Sequence record: LR756502.1 | DNA length: 64,000 nucleotides | Strand: one strand, 5' to 3' | Part shown: piece after piece, positions 18,378 through 28,918 of the stretch | How positions within the stretch are numbered: position 1 is the stretch's first letter | How the letters are laid out: every line of letters begins with the position of its first letter | Position numbers and translations under genes: made by a program | The notes under the pieces: generated by a model | The model's database searches: none | What the model saw: the letters and a program-made list of their open reading frames with translations, nothing else | Told to the model about the DNA's origin: nothing

Positions 18378-21300
18378 ATGAAAAAACTAATTTTAATAAC
18401 ATCTATTTTACTTACAAGTCTTTTAGCCTGGGCACAACCATCAAATGATAATTGTAGTGGGGCAATAAATATTGGTACATTACCAACACCATCAGCTTGT
18501 CCAGCTGGAGTGGGTACGACAGTTAACGTTGTGGGTACAAATATAGGTGCAACCGCACCAATGCCTTATACAACATTATTGGGTTGTCAAACAGGAGGAA
18601 ATCAACCAGGACCAGCATTAGATGTGTGGTATTCATTCGTTGCCTCAGGTAATCAAGTTAATATTAATATCACACCAGGTGGAGCACCTTTCTTACCGAG
18701 TCCGGCAATTACACTTTGGACTGGTACTTGTGGTGGTTTAATAGGTTATAATTGTGATAATAACGGTACTGCAGCTGGGGCAAACTCAGTATTGTATCAA
18801 CCTTTAACACCAGGTCAAACATATTATATTCAAGTAAGTGGTATGAATGCAACCGCTTCAGGTAATTTTAATATGGCAGTTAACGCAACTAATGATTGTA
18901 ATAACTGTCTTCAAACAGCTAATTTAACAGTAACACCAGCACCAGTGGGTGGTGTTTACGCACCAGGAACTACAGTATCATTTTGTTATCACATAACAGC
19001 TTACACTCAAGTAAGTGCAAACTGGTTACACGGAGTTGTACCAACATTCGGTTGTGGATGGGATTTAACAACACTTGTACCTTCACCTCCAGCATCTTGT
19101 GGTGGTAGTGGAACGTGGGCGTGGTATAACTCTTGGAGTGGTTCTATTGCGGCTACCGCCGGACCTTGGGGTCCAGGTTTCGCATTTGATTATACAACTG
19201 CCCCAGGTAATCCAGGAAATAACTTTGGTGATAACTGTGCAACACCTAATTGGAATTTCTGTTGGACAATCAAAACAAAATCAACTTGTACACCTGGTTG
19301 TACAAGTTTAAACATATCAATTAATACGTTAGGTGATGGTGAATCTGGTTCATGGGGTTCCATTGCTTGTCTAGGTGACCCTAATTATACATTCGCTGCT
19401 GTCTTATCTTGTTGCACTACAACAGCAACTTCGACAAACGTAACTTGTTTTGGTGGAACTAATGGAACAGCAACAGCAACACCAGGACCAACAGGTGTAT
19501 CACCTTTCACATATTCTTGGAATTCAACTCCGATTCAAACAACTCAAACCGCAACTGGTCTTCCTGCTGGGTCATATACCGTAACAGTTACAGACTTTAA
19601 TGGTTGTACTTCTACAGCAAGTGTAGTAATTACCCAACCAACAGCTATAACAGTACCAACCACATTTGTTAACGCAACATGTAGTTTATTAAATGGTTCA
19701 GTAACAGCAAACCCTGCTGGTGGCGTTGGACCATATTCCTATTCTTGGAACACAGTTCCAGTTCAAACAACACAAACCGCAACAGGTCTTCCTGCTGGAT
19801 CATACACCGTAACCGTAACCGGTTTTGGAGGATGTACAGCAACAGGAACAGCAATTGTTACTTCAACTGGTTCTATAACAACAACCGCAACTTCAACAAA
19901 TGTTTCTTGTTTTGGTGGAACTAATGGGACAGCAACTGCAAATCCATTGGGTGGTGGTCCATATACTTATTCTTGGAATACAGTTCCAGTTCAAACAACA
20001 CAAACAGCTACTGGTTTACCTATCGGTACTTATACCGTTACAGTTAATAGTTCAGGATGTACTGCAACAGCAAGTGTTATTATAACTCAACCTACTTTAT
20101 TAACAGCAACAACAACTGTTGTAAATACAACTTGTGGATTACCAAACGGTAGTACTACAGTAACACCAGCTGGTAGTGTTGGTCCATATACTTATTCTTG
20201 GAATACAGTTCCTGTTCAAACAACACAAACAGCAACAGGTCTTTTAGCTGGAACTTATATAGTCACAGTGACTGGTTTTGGTGGATGTACAGTAACCGCA
20301 ACATCTGTAATATCAAACACTGGAGCACCAACAGTAACAATCCCTACTCACGTAAACGTTTCTTGTTTTGGTGGAACTAATGGTTCCGCAAATTCAAACG
20401 TAGTTGGTGGTGTAGGACCTTTTAGTTATTCTTGGAACTCAACGCCAATACAAACAACCGCTAATGCAACTGGTCTTCCAGCTGGAACATATACAGTTAC
20501 TGTAACTGGTTCTAACTTATGTTCAGCAACAGCAAGTGTAATCATAACTCAACCTACATTATTAACCATTACCAACTCACAAACTAATGTGACTTGTAAT
20601 GGTGGAAGTAACGGAACGGCTACATCAAATCCTCTTGGTGGTGTGGGACCTTATACATATTCTTGGAATTCAACACCAATACAAACAACTCAAACCGCTA
20701 CAGGTCTACCTGTTGGTAATTATACTTGTACTGTAACTGATTTTAATGGTTGTATTATAACCACATTGGTTATTATTACACAACCTACTTTATTAACAGT
20801 AACTAACACACATACAAACCCTTTATGTAATGGTGGTTTTGGGACGGCTACTGCAAACCCAGTTGGGGGTGTTGGTCCATATACTTATTCTTGGAATTCC
20901 ACTCCAGTACAAACAACACAAACCGCAACTAATCTACTTGCAGGAACCTACATTTGTACTGTAACTGATTTTAGTGGTTGTTTTACTACGACAACAGTAA
21001 CTATAACTCAACCAACATTATTAACTTCAACAACATCAATGACTATATCAACTTGTGGTGTAGCAAATGGTACGGCAACAGTTAATCCAGTTGGTGGTGT
21101 AGGTCCTTATACCTATTTATGGTCTAATGGTGGTTTAACACAAACAATTACTACATTATTACCTGGTACCTATAATATTACTGTTACAGACGCTAACTTA
21201 TGTACTGTATCAAATAGTATTATCGTAACAAGTCCTGGGTCACCAACAGTAACAATTCCGACATCAACAAATGTTTCTTGTTTTGGTGGTTCAAATGGGA

Positions 21301-23390
21301 CAGCCAATTCAAATGTGGCTAGTGGTGTTGGTCCATTTATATATTCTTGGAATTCAACTCCAGTTCAAACAACAGCAAACGCAACAGGATTACCAATTGG
21401 TACTTATGTAGTTACTGTTACTGACGTTAACTTATGTATTACAACAGCAAGTATTATAATAACACAACCTACTTTATTAACTGCGGCAATCACAACTGTA
21501 AATGTAAATTGTAATGGTGGTGCAACTGGAACAGCAACCGCAACACCAGCAGGAGGTATTGGTCCTTATAGTTATTCTTGGAATACAGTTCCAGTTCAAA
21601 CTACTCAAACCGCAACAGGTTTAATAGCTGGGACATATAACGCCACGGTGACAGACTTTAATGGTTGTATTATAGTAGCTTCAGCTATTATCACTCAACC
21701 ACCTTTGTTAACCGTAGTAATTGGTTCATCAACTAATCCTTCTTGTAATGGTGGTAACAATGGTTCTATTACCGTAACAGAATTCGGTGGTGTGGGACCT
21801 TATTTATACTCAATCAATGGTGGGGCTAATCAATTATCACCAACATTTAATACTTTAGTTGCTGGGCCATATACTATGTTAGTTACTGACGCTAATTTAT
21901 GTACCGCAACAATTAATACTGTATTAACACAACCTACACCTATTTCAGCAGTACCTACTACAACTAACGTTACTTGTAATGGTTCTTGTGATGGCCAAAT
22001 TAGTTTACTAGTTGGTGGTGGTGTTGGTCCATATTCTTATAACTGGTCAAACGGTAGTACTGTTAATCCAGCAACAACTTTATGTGATGGAACATATACG
22101 GTTACAGTAACAGACGCTAACCTATGTACATTACCTCTTACTGGTTTAATCGTTACAGAACCAACAGCATTAACAGTAGGTCCTACAGCAACTCCAGCAA
22201 TAATTTGTATAGGACAATCGTCTACATTGAATTCTAACCCAGCTGGTGGAACTGGACCATATACTTACTTATGGTCTGATGGTAGTATCACACAAAATAT
22301 AACAGTATCACCTATTGTTACAACACCTTATACAGTAACAATAACAGATGCAAATGGTTGTACAGTTGTTGGTAACGTTACGGTTACAGTATCTACATCC
22401 TTAATTGGTGGAGCTACAGCAACCCCACCGACAATTTGTGTTGGTAGTTCATCTACTTTGAACGCTACAGCAAATGGTGGTAATGGTGGTCCATATACCT
22501 ACACTTGGAGTCCTGGTGGTGGCGTTGGTCAAACTATATCGGTATCGCCTTCCATAACTACAGTTTATACTGTTACTATATCTGATGGATGTAGCCCAAG
22601 TGTTACTGCAAATGTTACTGTTACTGTTAATCCATCACCTATCGTGAGTTATACAACAACACCATTGTCTGGATGTGAACCACTAACAATAACTTATACA
22701 AACACTACACCTGGATCATCAAGTTGTATTTGGACTATAAATGGTGTACCATATAACAACTGTGTGGTTACACAAACATTTACTACTGGGTCTTATAATG
22801 CTGTATTAACGGTTACTGATGTAAATGGTTGTATAGGTAACTCCGGTACTGTTGTTGCTAATATTTACCCAACACCTACTGCTCAATTTACTGCTAATCC
22901 TAATACTACTAATATACTTGATCCAACAGTTACTTTTAATAACCTAAGTTCACCTGGTACATATTTGTGGAGTTTTGGTGATGGTGTTACATCAACAGTT
23001 CCTTCACCTATATACAATTATACCGATACTGGAAGCTATAATGTTCAGTTAATAGTAACCACATCTTTTGGATGTGTTGATACCGCATATGGTAATGTTT
23101 ATATTTCAGATTTATTTTCTGTCTATGTGCCAAACGCTTTTACTCCTAATGGTGATGGTATAAATGATTCATTCTCACCAGTGGTTATGGGTGCTGATTA
23201 TTATGAATTTTGGATTTATAATCGTTGGGGTGAGTTAATCTTCGACTCAACAACATCAGGAACACCTTGGGATGGAACTTATAAAGGTCAACATGTTGAA
23301 CAAGATGTGTATGTTTGGAAATTATTCATACAAGAAAAGAATAAGGGTAAGAAACATAATTATATTGGTCACGTTACCATAGTAAAATAA
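18378..23390 (+). CDS. SprB-repeat / PKD adhesin-like protein with T9SS type-B (gliding-motility-associated) C-terminal domain
   Basis: Signal peptide; about 12-14 repeats of YSWN...TQTATGLPAGxYTVTVTDxNGC; PKD YLWSFGDG; CTD VPNAFTPNGDGINDSF...IYNRWGELIF...WDGTYKG...DVYVW...GHVTIVK. Confidence 0.9.
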   Translation: MKKLILITSILLTSLLAWAQPSNDNCSGAINIGTLPTPSACPAGVGTTVNVVGTNIGATAPMPYTTLLGCQTGGNQPGPALDVWYSFVASGNQVNINITPGGAPFLPSPAITLWTGTCGGLIGYNCDNNGTAAGANSVLYQPLTPGQTYYIQVSGMNATASGNFNMAVNATNDCNNCLQTANLTVTPAPVGGVYAPGTTVSFCYHITAYTQVSANWLHGVVPTFGCGWDLTTLVPSPPASCGGSGTWAWYNSWSGSIAATAGPWGPGFAFDYTTAPGNPGNNFGDNCATPNWNFCWTIKTKSTCTPGCTSLNISINTLGDGESGSWGSIACLGDPNYTFAAVLSCCTTTATSTNVTCFGGTNGTATATPGPTGVSPFTYSWNSTPIQTTQTATGLPAGSYTVTVTDFNGCTSTASVVITQPTAITVPTTFVNATCSLLNGSVTANPAGGVGPYSYSWNTVPVQTTQTATGLPAGSYTVTVTGFGGCTATGTAIVTSTGSITTTATSTNVSCFGGTNGTATANPLGGGPYTYSWNTVPVQTTQTATGLPIGTYTVTVNSSGCTATASVIITQPTLLTATTTVVNTTCGLPNGSTTVTPAGSVGPYTYSWNTVPVQTTQTATGLLAGTYIVTVTGFGGCTVTATSVISNTGAPTVTIPTHVNVSCFGGTNGSANSNVVGGVGPFSYSWNSTPIQTTANATGLPAGTYTVTVTGSNLCSATASVIITQPTLLTITNSQTNVTCNGGSNGTATSNPLGGVGPYTYSWNSTPIQTTQTATGLPVGNYTCTVTDFNGCIITTLVIITQPTLLTVTNTHTNPLCNGGFGTATANPVGGVGPYTYSWNSTPVQTTQTATNLLAGTYICTVTDFSGCFTTTTVTITQPTLLTSTTSMTISTCGVANGTATVNPVGGVGPYTYLWSNGGLTQTITTLLPGTYNITVTDANLCTVSNSIIVTSPGSPTVTIPTSTNVSCFGGSNGTANSNVASGVGPFIYSWNSTPVQTTANATGLPIGTYVVTVTDVNLCITTASIIITQPTLLTAAITTVNVNCNGGATGTATATPAGGIGPYSYSWNTVPVQTTQTATGLIAGTYNATVTDFNGCIIVASAIITQPPLLTVVIGSSTNPSCNGGNNGSITVTEFGGVGPYLYSINGGANQLSPTFNTLVAGPYTMLVTDANLCTATINTVLTQPTPISAVPTTTNVTCNGSCDGQISLLVGGGVGPYSYNWSNGSTVNPATTLCDGTYTVTVTDANLCTLPLTGLIVTEPTALTVGPTATPAIICIGQSSTLNSNPAGGTGPYTYLWSDGSITQNITVSPIVTTPYTVTITDANGCTVVGNVTVTVSTSLIGGATATPPTICVGSSSTLNATANGGNGGPYTYTWSPGGGVGQTISVSPSITTVYTVTISDGCSPSVTANVTVTVNPSPIVSYTTTPLSGCEPLTITYTNTTPGSSSCIWTINGVPYNNCVVTQTFTTGSYNAVLTVTDVNGCIGNSGTVVANIYPTPTAQFTANPNTTNILDPTVTFNNLSSPGTYLWSFGDGVTSTVPSPIYNYTDTGSYNVQLIVTTSFGCVDTAYGNVYISDLFSVYVPNAFTPNGDGINDSFSPVVMGADYYEFWIYNRWGELIFDSTTSGTPWDGTYKGQHVEQDVYVWKLFIQEKNKGKKHNYIGHVTIVK

Positions 23391-23395
23391 GGTAA

Positions 23396-23427
23396 TTTGT
23401 AGATATTGATTTTTTTTACTATATTTG
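23396..23427 (+). promoter_or_regulatory. Bacteroidota primary-sigma promoter
   Basis: TTTG 23396-23399, 20-nt spacer, TATATTTG 23420-23427. Confidence 0.75.
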
Positions 23428-23432
23428 TATAG

Positions 23433-23798
23433 ATGAAAAAAGAAAGTGTTATGGGGTTTGTAGATAGAAGAATCCATCAGTCTATGATTGATGGATTATC
23501 TATTTTCGCTATAAAACAAGACATAGAAACTAGATATACTAATATGTCAAATGTTCTTACCAACAAGGATATATCAGTAGATGAATTTGAAGAGTTATTA
23601 AGAGGGGATATTGAGAAGATAGAATCTAGTCGTATTAAATACACTGCCTTTTATGTTAGACATGCTAGAAAAAGACTATTTGATCTAGATTGGTTATTAT
23701 CTAATAAGAGTAGATTTCCAAAATATTCCAATTCTCAAATATTTAATTTAATTAAACTTAGAGATAAATTACAACCAAAAACAGAATTATCAGTATAA
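23433..23798 (+). CDS. Hypothetical protein
   Basis: 121-aa ORF 5 nt after the -7 box. Confidence 0.65.
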   Translation: MKKESVMGFVDRRIHQSMIDGLSIFAIKQDIETRYTNMSNVLTNKDISVDEFEELLRGDIEKIESSRIKYTAFYVRHARKRLFDLDWLLSNKSRFPKYSNSQIFNLIKLRDKLQPKTELSV

Positions 23799-23804
23799 TA
23801 TATA

Positions 23805-23981
23805 ATGAAAACTATCGACAATGATTCAGGTGAATTTGACTTATCACAAGTAACTTTTACTTTCACTTGTGATTATTGGATGCCTACTTTTTCTAACAAG
23901 GAAGAGAATAGGAAGAAGAGGATAGAGAAAATACTGACTAATTTAAATGACAAAGAAGGAACTAAAGGCATTATTCTCTAG
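23805..23981 (+). CDS. Small ORF missed by the track (58 aa) with tag
   Basis: MKTIDNDSGEFDLSQVTFTFTCDYWMPTFSNKEENRKKRIEKILTNLNDKEGTKGIIL*. Confidence 0.55.
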   Translation: MKTIDNDSGEFDLSQVTFTFTCDYWMPTFSNKEENRKKRIEKILTNLNDKEGTKGIIL

Positions 23982-25446
23982 GCCAGATTGGGATGATAAT
24001 ACAATCATCGAGGCTGATAAGATTATATCTAGGATATCAAAAGAGTATCTTGGTTTAGATACCTATCCAAATCAATTTGAGATTGTTTCATCTGAGCAGA
24101 TGTTGGATGCCTATTCACTTATAGGTCTACCTATTTCATACAACCACTGGAAGTTTGGAAAGGACTTCGTAATAAACCAAAATCAATATAAAAAAGGTAA
24201 GATGGGACTGGCATATGAGTTAGTTATAAACTCAAATCCATGTATATCTTATAATATGGAAGACAATACAACTTGTCTAATGGTTCTTGTTTTGGCTCAT
24301 GCTGCTTATGGACACAATCACTTCTTTAAGAATAACTATTTATTCAAACAGTGGACACAAGCAGACTCAATAATTGACTATATGTTGTTTGCTAAGAACT
24401 ACATTTCTAAATGTGAGGAGAAATATGGTTATGAGGAAGTTGAATCGACTCTTGATGCTTGTCACGCTCTAATGAATTATGGTGTTGATAAGTATAAGAA
24501 GCCACGTAAGCTAACTCCTATGGAAGAACAAGAGAGATTAAAAAAGAAGCTAGAGGATGATAGAGTTCTTTTGGATGATATATGGAGAACACTGCCAAAT
24601 TCTGAAAAAGATAAAAAGACTAATCCAAATAGATTTCCATCACAACCAGAAGAAAATATTCTATATTTTATTGAAAAAAACTCTCCTAAATTAAAGGAGT
24701 GGCAAAGAGAGATTGTTCGTATAGTTAGAAAAGTTTCGCAATATTTCTATCCACAAGGTCAGAGTAAGGTTGTTAATGAAGGTTGTGCGACCTTTACACA
24801 CTATGAAATTATAAATAGGATGTATGAGGAGGGATATCTTGATGATGGGTTTATGATGGAGTTCTATCACAACCATTCAAACGTTATATTCCAACCAGCA
24901 TTTGACTCAAAGTATTACTCTGGTATAAATCCATATACCTTAGGCTTTAATATATTCAATGACTTAAAGAGAATGTCTCTTAAGCCAACTGATGAAGATA
25001 AGCATTGGTTTCCTGATATTGCTGGTAACCCTAATTGGCAAGAAACTTTTAGATATATTGTTGAGAATTTCAAGGATGAGACATTTGTTTTGCAATACTT
25101 ATCTCCAAAGGTGATAAGGGATATGAAGTTATTTGCTGTTGATGATAAGAGTGAGAGTAACTACTATGAGGTTACATCAATTCATAATGAGAGTGGGTAT
25201 AAGAAGGTAAGAGAGTCTTTGTCGATGTCATATAATAGGAGTCGATATGTTCCTGATATACAAGTATATCACGTTGATGTGCATGGTGATAGAACAATAT
25301 CACTTGAGTATATCCCTGAGAGTGGTAAGGAATTAGAGGTAAGAGAAGTTGATAAGGTTCTCCCTTATATTAAGTATTTATGGGGATTTCCGGTCAAGGT
25401 TATAAAGAGAGAGAATGGTAAAAAATACGTAATTTCTACCATATAA
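23947..25446 (+). CDS. SpoVR / YcgB family protein
   Basis: YPNQFEIVSSEQMLDAY..IGLPISYNHWKFGK, LAYELVINSNP, AHAAYGHNHFFKNN, YFYPQGQSKVVNEGCATF, NPYTLGF. Confidence 0.92.
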   Translation: MTKKELKALFSRPDWDDNTIIEADKIISRISKEYLGLDTYPNQFEIVSSEQMLDAYSLIGLPISYNHWKFGKDFVINQNQYKKGKMGLAYELVINSNPCISYNMEDNTTCLMVLVLAHAAYGHNHFFKNNYLFKQWTQADSIIDYMLFAKNYISKCEEKYGYEEVESTLDACHALMNYGVDKYKKPRKLTPMEEQERLKKKLEDDRVLLDDIWRTLPNSEKDKKTNPNRFPSQPEENILYFIEKNSPKLKEWQREIVRIVRKVSQYFYPQGQSKVVNEGCATFTHYEIINRMYEEGYLDDGFMMEFYHNHSNVIFQPAFDSKYYSGINPYTLGFNIFNDLKRMSLKPTDEDKHWFPDIAGNPNWQETFRYIVENFKDETFVLQYLSPKVIRDMKLFAVDDKSESNYYEVTSIHNESGYKKVRESLSMSYNRSRYVPDIQVYHVDVHGDRTISLEYIPESGKELEVREVDKVLPYIKYLWGFPVKVIKRENGKKYVISTI

Positions 25447-25486
25447 TTCAATAAAATTCCGTATGTTTGTATAAACAATCAGATAT

Positions 25487-27007
25487 ATGAGCAATCTAAC
25501 AAGAAACAAAATTCTTTCAGTTTTCATTGTACTAAGTACATTGTTTACTCTATTAGGTGTTTTTACTAACATATTTTTCCTAATCCCTTGTGGGTTATCT
25601 ACCCTTGGGTTACTTATTGTTATTAAGGACATTACACAATCAAAACATTCACTTCTAAGAAACTATCCATTGATAGGTAGACTAAGATGGGTATTTGAAC
25701 AAGAAAGAAGTAAAATTCAACAATATTTTGTTGAACATGACACTAACGGTACTCCTTATAACCGTGAGAAGAGATCTGATGTATATCAGAAAGCGAAAAA
25801 AGATATAAACACCACACCATTTGGTACTCAAATGGATGTCTATGAGAATGGATATGAATTTATAAAACATTCTCTATACCCAAAAGATACTGACTCTATA
25901 AAGGAACCAAGAATTAACATTGGATCTAAATTCTGTTCACAACCATATAACGCTAGTGTATTTAATGTTAGTGCTATGAGTTATGGTGCATTATCAGATG
26001 CTGCTGTTAGAGCAATAAATGGTGGTGCTAAGATTGATAGATTTTATCAGAATACTGGTGAGGGTGGTTTGTCTTCATATCATTTAGAGAACGGTGGTGA
26101 TATTTGTTTTCAAATTGGTACTGGATATTTTGGAGCTGGTAAAACAGTTAATGGTAAACGAGTTTTTGATGAAGAAACATTCAAACAAAATGCACTTCGT
26201 AAAGAAGTTAAGATGATTGAGATTAAACTTTCACAAGGTGCTAAACCTGGACATGGTGGTATCCTACCTGCTAAGAAAAATACACAAGAAATTGCAACAA
26301 TTCGTGGTGTTGAACCAGGTGTTGATGTTGTTAGTCCACCATATCATTCATCTTTTAATAGCCCAGAGACTATGTTGAAGTTTATAAAAAAACTTAGAAG
26401 TCTAAGTGGTGGTAAACCAATTGGTATTAAGATGTGTATGGGTGATAATGATGAAGTATTAAATCTAATATGTACAATGAAACGCATTAATACATTTCCT
26501 GACTTCATAACTATAGATGGTGGTGAAGGTGGTACTGGAGCAGCCCCACTTGTTTTCACTAATAGTGTTGGCACACCACTTATTGATTCACTCATTTTCA
26601 TTGACAAACATCTAAGAATTAATGGTCTTAGAGATCAGATTAGAATTATTGCTAGTGGTAAAGCGTCAAATAGCTTTGATGTTATTAAATTAATTTCTCT
26701 TGGTGCTGATGCTGTAAACGCGGCTAGAGCATTTATGTTAAGTCTTGGATGTATTCAAGCAAGAGAGTGTAATAAAAACACTTGTCCTGTTGGGATAGCA
26801 ACACAAAATAAACAACTTATAAAGGGATTAGACCCATCTGAAAAGAAAGTTCGTGTGGCTAATTATCATAACGGTGTTATTCACGAGATAAAAGAGGTAT
26901 TGGGTGCTATGGGGTTGGATTCAACTGAGAACTTAACACCTAGTCATATAAATATCAGAATTGATAAGTCACAAATATTAACATATAAAGAACTATTTAA
27001 ATTATAA
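25487..27007 (+). CDS. FMN-binding glutamate synthase family protein (membrane-anchored, YerD-like)
   Basis: SAMSYGALS, NTGEGG, MIEIKLSQGAKPGHGGILP, DFITIDGGEGGTGAAP, CIQARECNKNTCPVGIATQ; two N-terminal TM helices. Confidence 0.93.
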   Translation: MSNLTRNKILSVFIVLSTLFTLLGVFTNIFFLIPCGLSTLGLLIVIKDITQSKHSLLRNYPLIGRLRWVFEQERSKIQQYFVEHDTNGTPYNREKRSDVYQKAKKDINTTPFGTQMDVYENGYEFIKHSLYPKDTDSIKEPRINIGSKFCSQPYNASVFNVSAMSYGALSDAAVRAINGGAKIDRFYQNTGEGGLSSYHLENGGDICFQIGTGYFGAGKTVNGKRVFDEETFKQNALRKEVKMIEIKLSQGAKPGHGGILPAKKNTQEIATIRGVEPGVDVVSPPYHSSFNSPETMLKFIKKLRSLSGGKPIGIKMCMGDNDEVLNLICTMKRINTFPDFITIDGGEGGTGAAPLVFTNSVGTPLIDSLIFIDKHLRINGLRDQIRIIASGKASNSFDVIKLISLGADAVNAARAFMLSLGCIQARECNKNTCPVGIATQNKQLIKGLDPSEKKVRVANYHNGVIHEIKEVLGAMGLDSTENLTPSHINIRIDKSQILTYKELFKL

Positions 27008-27011
27008 AAAT

Positions 27012-27494
27012 ATGGGAGAAGTAACACTATTTATATTTTCACTTTCTATATTAATACTATTATCTGGTAACGTTATTCAGTTTTTTAGGTCCAGTGAGCT
27101 TAGAAATGAATTAAAAAAGGCCAATATGTTGATTATTGATAAAGATAATGAGATCCGTAATACCAATAAATCAAAGGAAGCTATACTGGGTATAGAGCCT
27201 GGGAGTAAAGGAATATTACATGATTTTGCATTACAATATGGATCTGAATCAAAAGGTGATAAGGTTGCTTTCAAAGTAACATTTGAGGTTGATGTTGTTG
27301 ATATATCTCCTGCTAAAATAAAGGTTGTCGCGACTAACTTTACATCATGTGACTCTATTGCAAAAGATCCAAAAAACATTAAGGGTATAATTGAATTTAT
27401 GAATAATAAATGGGTAGATCGTAATTTATTTGAACTAATTGTTGGTGATTCCGAAAGAAGAAATGATAAGTTAAGTAAAATACTTGGGGATTAA
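27012..27494 (+). CDS. Membrane-anchored hypothetical protein with C-terminal tag
   Basis: N-terminal TM, coiled coil; ends ERRNDKLSKILGD. Confidence 0.7.
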   Translation: MGEVTLFIFSLSILILLSGNVIQFFRSSELRNELKKANMLIIDKDNEIRNTNKSKEAILGIEPGSKGILHDFALQYGSESKGDKVAFKVTFEVDVVDISPAKIKVVATNFTSCDSIAKDPKNIKGIIEFMNNKWVDRNLFELIVGDSERRNDKLSKILGD

Positions 27495-27644
27495 ATGGCT
27501 AAAACTGTTAAAAATATTATAAAAATGGACTATACTAGCTTATACTCCAATATCATTTTGTCTCATAATATTATGCCTGAAAGAGTTAGGAGAATTGCCA
27601 AAATTAAAAGAATATTAACAGAGATAGAAAATTTAAATAGATAA
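27495..27644 (+). CDS. Small ORF missed by the track (49 aa) with tag
   Basis: MAKTVKNIIKMDYTSLYSNIILSHNIMPERVRRIAKIKRILTEIENLNR*; abuts both neighbours (TAAATG, TAATG). Confidence 0.65.
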   Translation: MAKTVKNIIKMDYTSLYSNIILSHNIMPERVRRIAKIKRILTEIENLNR

Positions 27645-28018
27645 TGTATTGTATTTGTTGTAAAAAAGATAAATTAAAGCCCAACTCAAATTCCATTCAC
27701 TTAAATTCTGGTTGGTCTGAAGAAGATTATATCTGGAGAATTGATAAAAAAGAAAACCCAGTCGGTAAAAGAACAACAAATAATAGGATGTGGAATGATG
27801 GAATCGTAAATATCATAGATGCTGGATATGGTAGTAGTCATGATACAGATAGCTTTGTAATAGCAATTTGTGATGATTGTATAAAAACAAACCTAGAGGA
27901 TGGTACATTATTATATCATAGTAATTATATGAGTCCGAATGCTCCTTTTGTAGAAGAGGAAGTAAACAAATCTAAACAAATCTATCGTCGCCGTAAAAAC
28001 CTAGACAATTTAGTTTAA
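27644..28018 (+). CDS. Zn-binding hypothetical protein with variant tag
   Basis: MYCICCK...ICDDC; ends YRRRKNLDNLV. Confidence 0.7.
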   Translation: MYCICCKKDKLKPNSNSIHLNSGWSEEDYIWRIDKKENPVGKRTTNNRMWNDGIVNIIDAGYGSSHDTDSFVIAICDDCIKTNLEDGTLLYHSNYMSPNAPFVEEEVNKSKQIYRRRKNLDNLV

Positions 28019-28019
28019 A

Positions 28020-28679
28020 ATGTGTATTGCTAATAAAATAAAATCATCATTGGATGAGTATTTGGAGTTCGACTCATCTGAACTATTTGTGCCTGATATA
28101 ACTAAAGTTTTTGGTGGTGCCATACGAGATATTATTGCTAATATGCCAATACATGATGTTGATATTATTTGTGCGTCTAGATCTGCTAAGATGTTGGATT
28201 CAATATTGAAAAATAACGGATATCATTGCGTTGATGGTCTAATTCCAAAAGACCTATCAAGTGTCTATACTGATATTAAAATAATATGTGAGCCAAAAAC
28301 ATATATAAAGGGGATAAAAATAGTTCAGGTTATAAAACCAAGTGGTGCTGCAACTCAACTCAATAACTATATAGATTCTATTGAACGACTTATTTCAAAT
28401 GTTGATATAAGTTGTTGTGGAGTATCATATGATGGTGTTGGTTTAGTTGAGAATGTACCAGATGCTATTCTACATTGTAGAAACAAAGTTTATAAAGTAA
28501 ATAATGGGGCTGAAATGCTAAATAAAAGACTGATACATAGAAAGGCTAAACTAGAAGATAGAGGATGGGAAGAAATAGAAGGTGGTATTCTAAACAATAG
28601 AGATATAAAGATAGATGAAGTATTAAAGGCCGATGCCTATGAAGATGGATATTATGATCATATTAAATCTTGGAAGTAA
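28020..28679 (+). CDS. Nucleotidyltransferase, CCA-adding/poly(A) polymerase head-like, with tag
   Basis: VFGGAIRDII...HDVDII, DISCCGV; NRDIKIDEVL near the C-terminus. Confidence 0.7.
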   Translation: MCIANKIKSSLDEYLEFDSSELFVPDITKVFGGAIRDIIANMPIHDVDIICASRSAKMLDSILKNNGYHCVDGLIPKDLSSVYTDIKIICEPKTYIKGIKIVQVIKPSGAATQLNNYIDSIERLISNVDISCCGVSYDGVGLVENVPDAILHCRNKVYKVNNGAEMLNKRLIHRKAKLEDRGWEEIEGGILNNRDIKIDEVLKADAYEDGYYDHIKSWK

Positions 28680-28918
28680 TGTGTAGAAAACCTTGTAGAG
28701 AATGCCCTTGGGTGGTTGATAAGAAGTCAAGTCATGATAAGAATTGGGTAGACCATGTAGATGTTATGACAAAGCTTGGTCAGATTAAAGATAGAAAACA
28801 TGCATGTCATATGATAACATCTGATGCCTGGGGATATAAAAATAAAATAGAAGAATCCAATGTTTGTATTGGTTCACTAAATAATTCAATAAATAATGGA
28901 AACAGGAACAATTATTAA
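28670..28918 (+). CDS. Small Cys/His-rich protein
   Basis: KPCRECPW...HACHM...CIG; start probably TTG. Confidence 0.6.
   Translation: MEVMCRKPCRECPWVVDKKSSHDKNWVDHVDVMTKLGQIKDRKHACHMITSDAWGYKNKIEESNVCIGSLNNSINNGNRNNY

Noticed and set aside
19400-22500. Diversity-generating retroelement template/variable repeats in the SprB-like gene
   Set aside because: Repeats are protein-level domain repeats with synonymous divergence, not adenine-specific, and there is no reverse transcriptase in the window.
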